Of a stretch of 64,000 nt of DNA, positions 61,723-64,000 are shown piece by piece. The notes beneath the pieces were generated by a model. The model made no database searches and was not told where the DNA came from. It was given only the letters and a program-made list of their open reading frames with translations. The position numbers and the translations under genes were made by a program. Origin of the DNA: Novakomyces olei (taxonomy: Eukaryota); assembly GCA_016906335.1 (NCBI GenBank), contig JADEYG010000007.1:2542001-2606000 (forward strand), written 5' to 3'. Positions within the stretch are counted from its first letter, which is position 1. Each line of letters begins with the position of its first letter.

Positions 61723-63468
61723 TCAAAAGCTCCACAAAGCCAAATCAAAGGAATCCCAAAATTCAGAATTCAGCGAGTTTATCTGATCATCTGAAAGCAG
61801 AGGTATGCCATTCACGATAGAAGACTGCGAGGCTCTATCGTGCAAAGAGATGTTAGTTTTCTCTCTTGAATCATTATCGCTCGGCATGCCGCACTCCTCA
61901 AGAGTGTCAGCTGCTGCGTCTTGGCCATTGCTTTTCTGGTGATCGATTTGCCATTCGTCAACCATCCAGATCAACTCAAAAAAATGACTTGCACCGAGTC
62001 GCGACTGAAACCCGTTTTGTGACTTAAGAACATGTTCTAGTTGATTCGTTGCCAGCCAATGATTGATAGTCTCTATCACGCGTTTGGCCCGAAACCCTAG
62101 TAAGTTCCTCAGCGGATTTTCACGCTCAAAAAACCTATAGGCCTCTGAGATCGCGCTGTGCACGAAATCGAGGTCGACGAAAATGCTGTATTTTGAGAAC
62201 AGTAACTTATAAAGAAACAAAGCACTGCTACCTACTGAATAGGTTGGCCAAAGTGGCCACGATTCGGTGCCGTATTTGCCTTGCATCTGCGTGGCCAAGC
62301 GTATTATTTCATGGCAAGTTTTGGAGGACGATAGCGATAGTTCTGCCAACAGGCTTTCGTTTAGTTCCGAAGCAGTAAATACCAATCCCGCCTCCTGCAG
62401 TGTAGCCGAGAGAAGCATCAGGCGCACAACGCAGGAAGTCTCTGCCTCTAGTTGGTCAGATGATAATTCGAATTCAGTGCGTAACGAAGTAAGCATAGAT
62501 TGTAGAAGTTTGTGAGTGTGAAGCGATATTTTGACTTTTTCTGGGCTTGAGTTGTGAAGAATCTGCTCCTCGAGAACGAATTGGGTGTTCTGCTCTAATC
62601 TGCGAGCTATGGCGGCATACCAATACATGAGCTTTGGCACACCCGTAGCATCGCCTCTCGAAGCCAGAAACTTGAGAATGACAGGATCTTGGTTGACCGT
62701 GGGCGGGAATCCCTTAAAGCAGGCTACGTACTGATTAACCACGTAGCATGCTATCCAGGTACAAAGGCGCTCACTTTCCACCGTCAACGAAACGTATCCG
62801 GGCGCCAAATATTCGTCCGGATAATTTGGCCGGTGCAGCCCAATGTTTTGCGCCAGATGAATGGCAGTCCCACAATAGATCCAAGAGAGATTACGTGAGC
62901 TCGTAAGCTTTGATGATTTCCATAAGGCAAGCAGGAGCAGAGCCTGTACAGCAAAAATAGCGGTCCTGTCTCTTTCTAGTGCCTCAAAAGACTCTTTAGC
63001 CGTAAGCCGTGTAATCGAAGCATCAATCTTCTGTCCGAGTTCAACTTCGGAGCACTTGGCTGCTATCATACAGATGCTCCAGAACAAGAGCGGAGATTTC
63101 ATAAAAAGCACCTTTGGCTCTGCATCACTCCTGACAATAGGCAGATATCTACTAGGACCTTCGAAGAAAATCTTGAAGAGATTGGAAGCGTCGGCCAGAC
63201 TAAGGGCAACGTGCTCCAGAGAAAAAGCATCGTCAGAAAAGGGCGCAGACGAATCTCTCTCTGCAAAGGCCCGGGCAGTACCATCTGGTAGAGCAAGAGG
63301 CTCTGCTGGTTGATAGCCTTGCACGTCATAGACGCACTCCAGTTTTCTTCGCCGGCACCGCAAGCATGGTTTTCCAGGATCTCTAATGCAGCGCATTTTG
63401 AGCTGCCTGCAGCGATTGCAGGCACTGTGTCGACTCTGTCGCCGAGGCTTTATCGCACGACCAGTCAT
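61723..63468 (-). CDS. Zn(II)2Cys6 transcription factor
   Basis: SACNRCRQLKMRC..DPGKPCLRCRRRKLECVY, SPLLFWSIC, AVQALLLLALW, AQNIGLHRP, RLCTWIACY. Confidence 0.92.
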   Translation of the reverse strand: MTGRAIKPRRQSRHSACNRCRQLKMRCIRDPGKPCLRCRRRKLECVYDVQGYQPAEPLALPDGTARAFAERDSSAPFSDDAFSLEHVALSLADASNLFKIFFEGPSRYLPIVRSDAEPKVLFMKSPLLFWSICMIAAKCSEVELGQKIDASITRLTAKESFEALERDRTAIFAVQALLLLALWKSSKLTSSRNLSWIYCGTAIHLAQNIGLHRPNYPDEYLAPGYVSLTVESERLCTWIACYVVNQYVACFKGFPPTVNQDPVILKFLASRGDATGVPKLMYWYAAIARRLEQNTQFVLEEQILHNSSPEKVKISLHTHKLLQSMLTSLRTEFELSSDQLEAETSCVVRLMLLSATLQEAGLVFTASELNESLLAELSLSSSKTCHEIIRLATQMQGKYGTESWPLWPTYSVGSSALFLYKLLFSKYSIFVDLDFVHSAISEAYRFFERENPLRNLLGFRAKRVIETINHWLATNQLEHVLKSQNGFQSRLGASHFFELIWMVDEWQIDHQKSNGQDAAADTLEECGMPSDNDSREKTNISLHDRASQSSIVNGIPLLSDDQINSLNSEFWDSFDLALWSF

Positions 63469-64000
63469 GATAATTTGAAGACTGATGTTGAGCGTCAAAG
63501 ATTGGGCCTGCTGGAATTAGATGGTCCTCTCCTGAAGCAATAGTACGACCGCATCAAAAGCTATAATGCTGCTTTAGCACCATAGACTTCAGACAAGGCA
63601 GCGAGGTGGAGAAAATCCAACATTTGCCAGCTGTGCAAAGCAAAAATTTGATCCACGGCCTAGTTCTACGATCCTATAATGCGCCGATCCGCCCAACACA
63701 TATAGATCCTGTTGCAGAGTTGAGTTTTACAAGTCAGTAAATTAGCTTGAATGTCACCTAAATCTGAATCTATAGTTTTCTATCTAAATCACCAAATGTA
63801 GATCACCTGTTTATACTATGAAAACAACAAAGAACAAAGTGAGCAAAAAACAAGGTATTACTTAAGAACAAAGGACAAGGCCTTATCACAAGGAGCAAAG
63901 TGTCGTCCTTGTCCAAGGTCAGTATAGGAAGTAAGGCAGCATTCTCTTTGGGTACGTATATTATACATTGTTAGGACCCAACCCAATATTTGATTTAAAA

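Noticed and set aside
1-64000. tRNA, rRNA or intact transposon
   Set aside because: No cloverleaf or box A/B pattern, rRNA-like sequence, transposase/RT ORF, LTR pair or terminal inverted repeats were recognised by eye. A covariance-model scan could still find small RNAs.

Overview
Eukaryotic (fungal) genomic DNA, most likely an intron-rich yeast. Evidence: short GT-AG introns with CTAAC/CTGAC branch sites close to the acceptor, a complex I accessory subunit gene and a fungal perilipin. A Lipomycetales-like lineage is my inference only. About 25 genes were modelled by hand, many split by introns and invisible as single ORFs. The first ~8.5 kb is largely housekeeping (sugar porter, MPC, NDUFA2/B8, perilipin). 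The rest is an accessory, nutrient-scavenging region with 5 Zn2Cys6 regulators, 5 more transporters and many catabolic enzymes. Highlights: (1) a candidate undescribed catabolic cluster of amidase, tandem-SnoaL/NTF2 protein, class III aminotransferase, 2,4'-dihydroxyacetophenone-dioxygenase-type cupin and Zn2Cys6 TF, followed by an MFS, a second TF and an acetyl-CoA synthetase; (2) an ATRR-type glycine-betaine-reductase NRPS-like gene lacking its second reductase domain; (3) a DAL81-like TF/amidase/NCS1 permease/hydantoin-racemase-family cluster with a shared GGCGGG promoter motif and an altered racemase active site; (4) an M20 carbamoylase-like enzyme apparently missing its carboxylate-binding residues; (5) a secreted six-Cys small protein; (6) several genes with nonsense or frameshift lesions. 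All family assignments come from motif recognition, not database searches.
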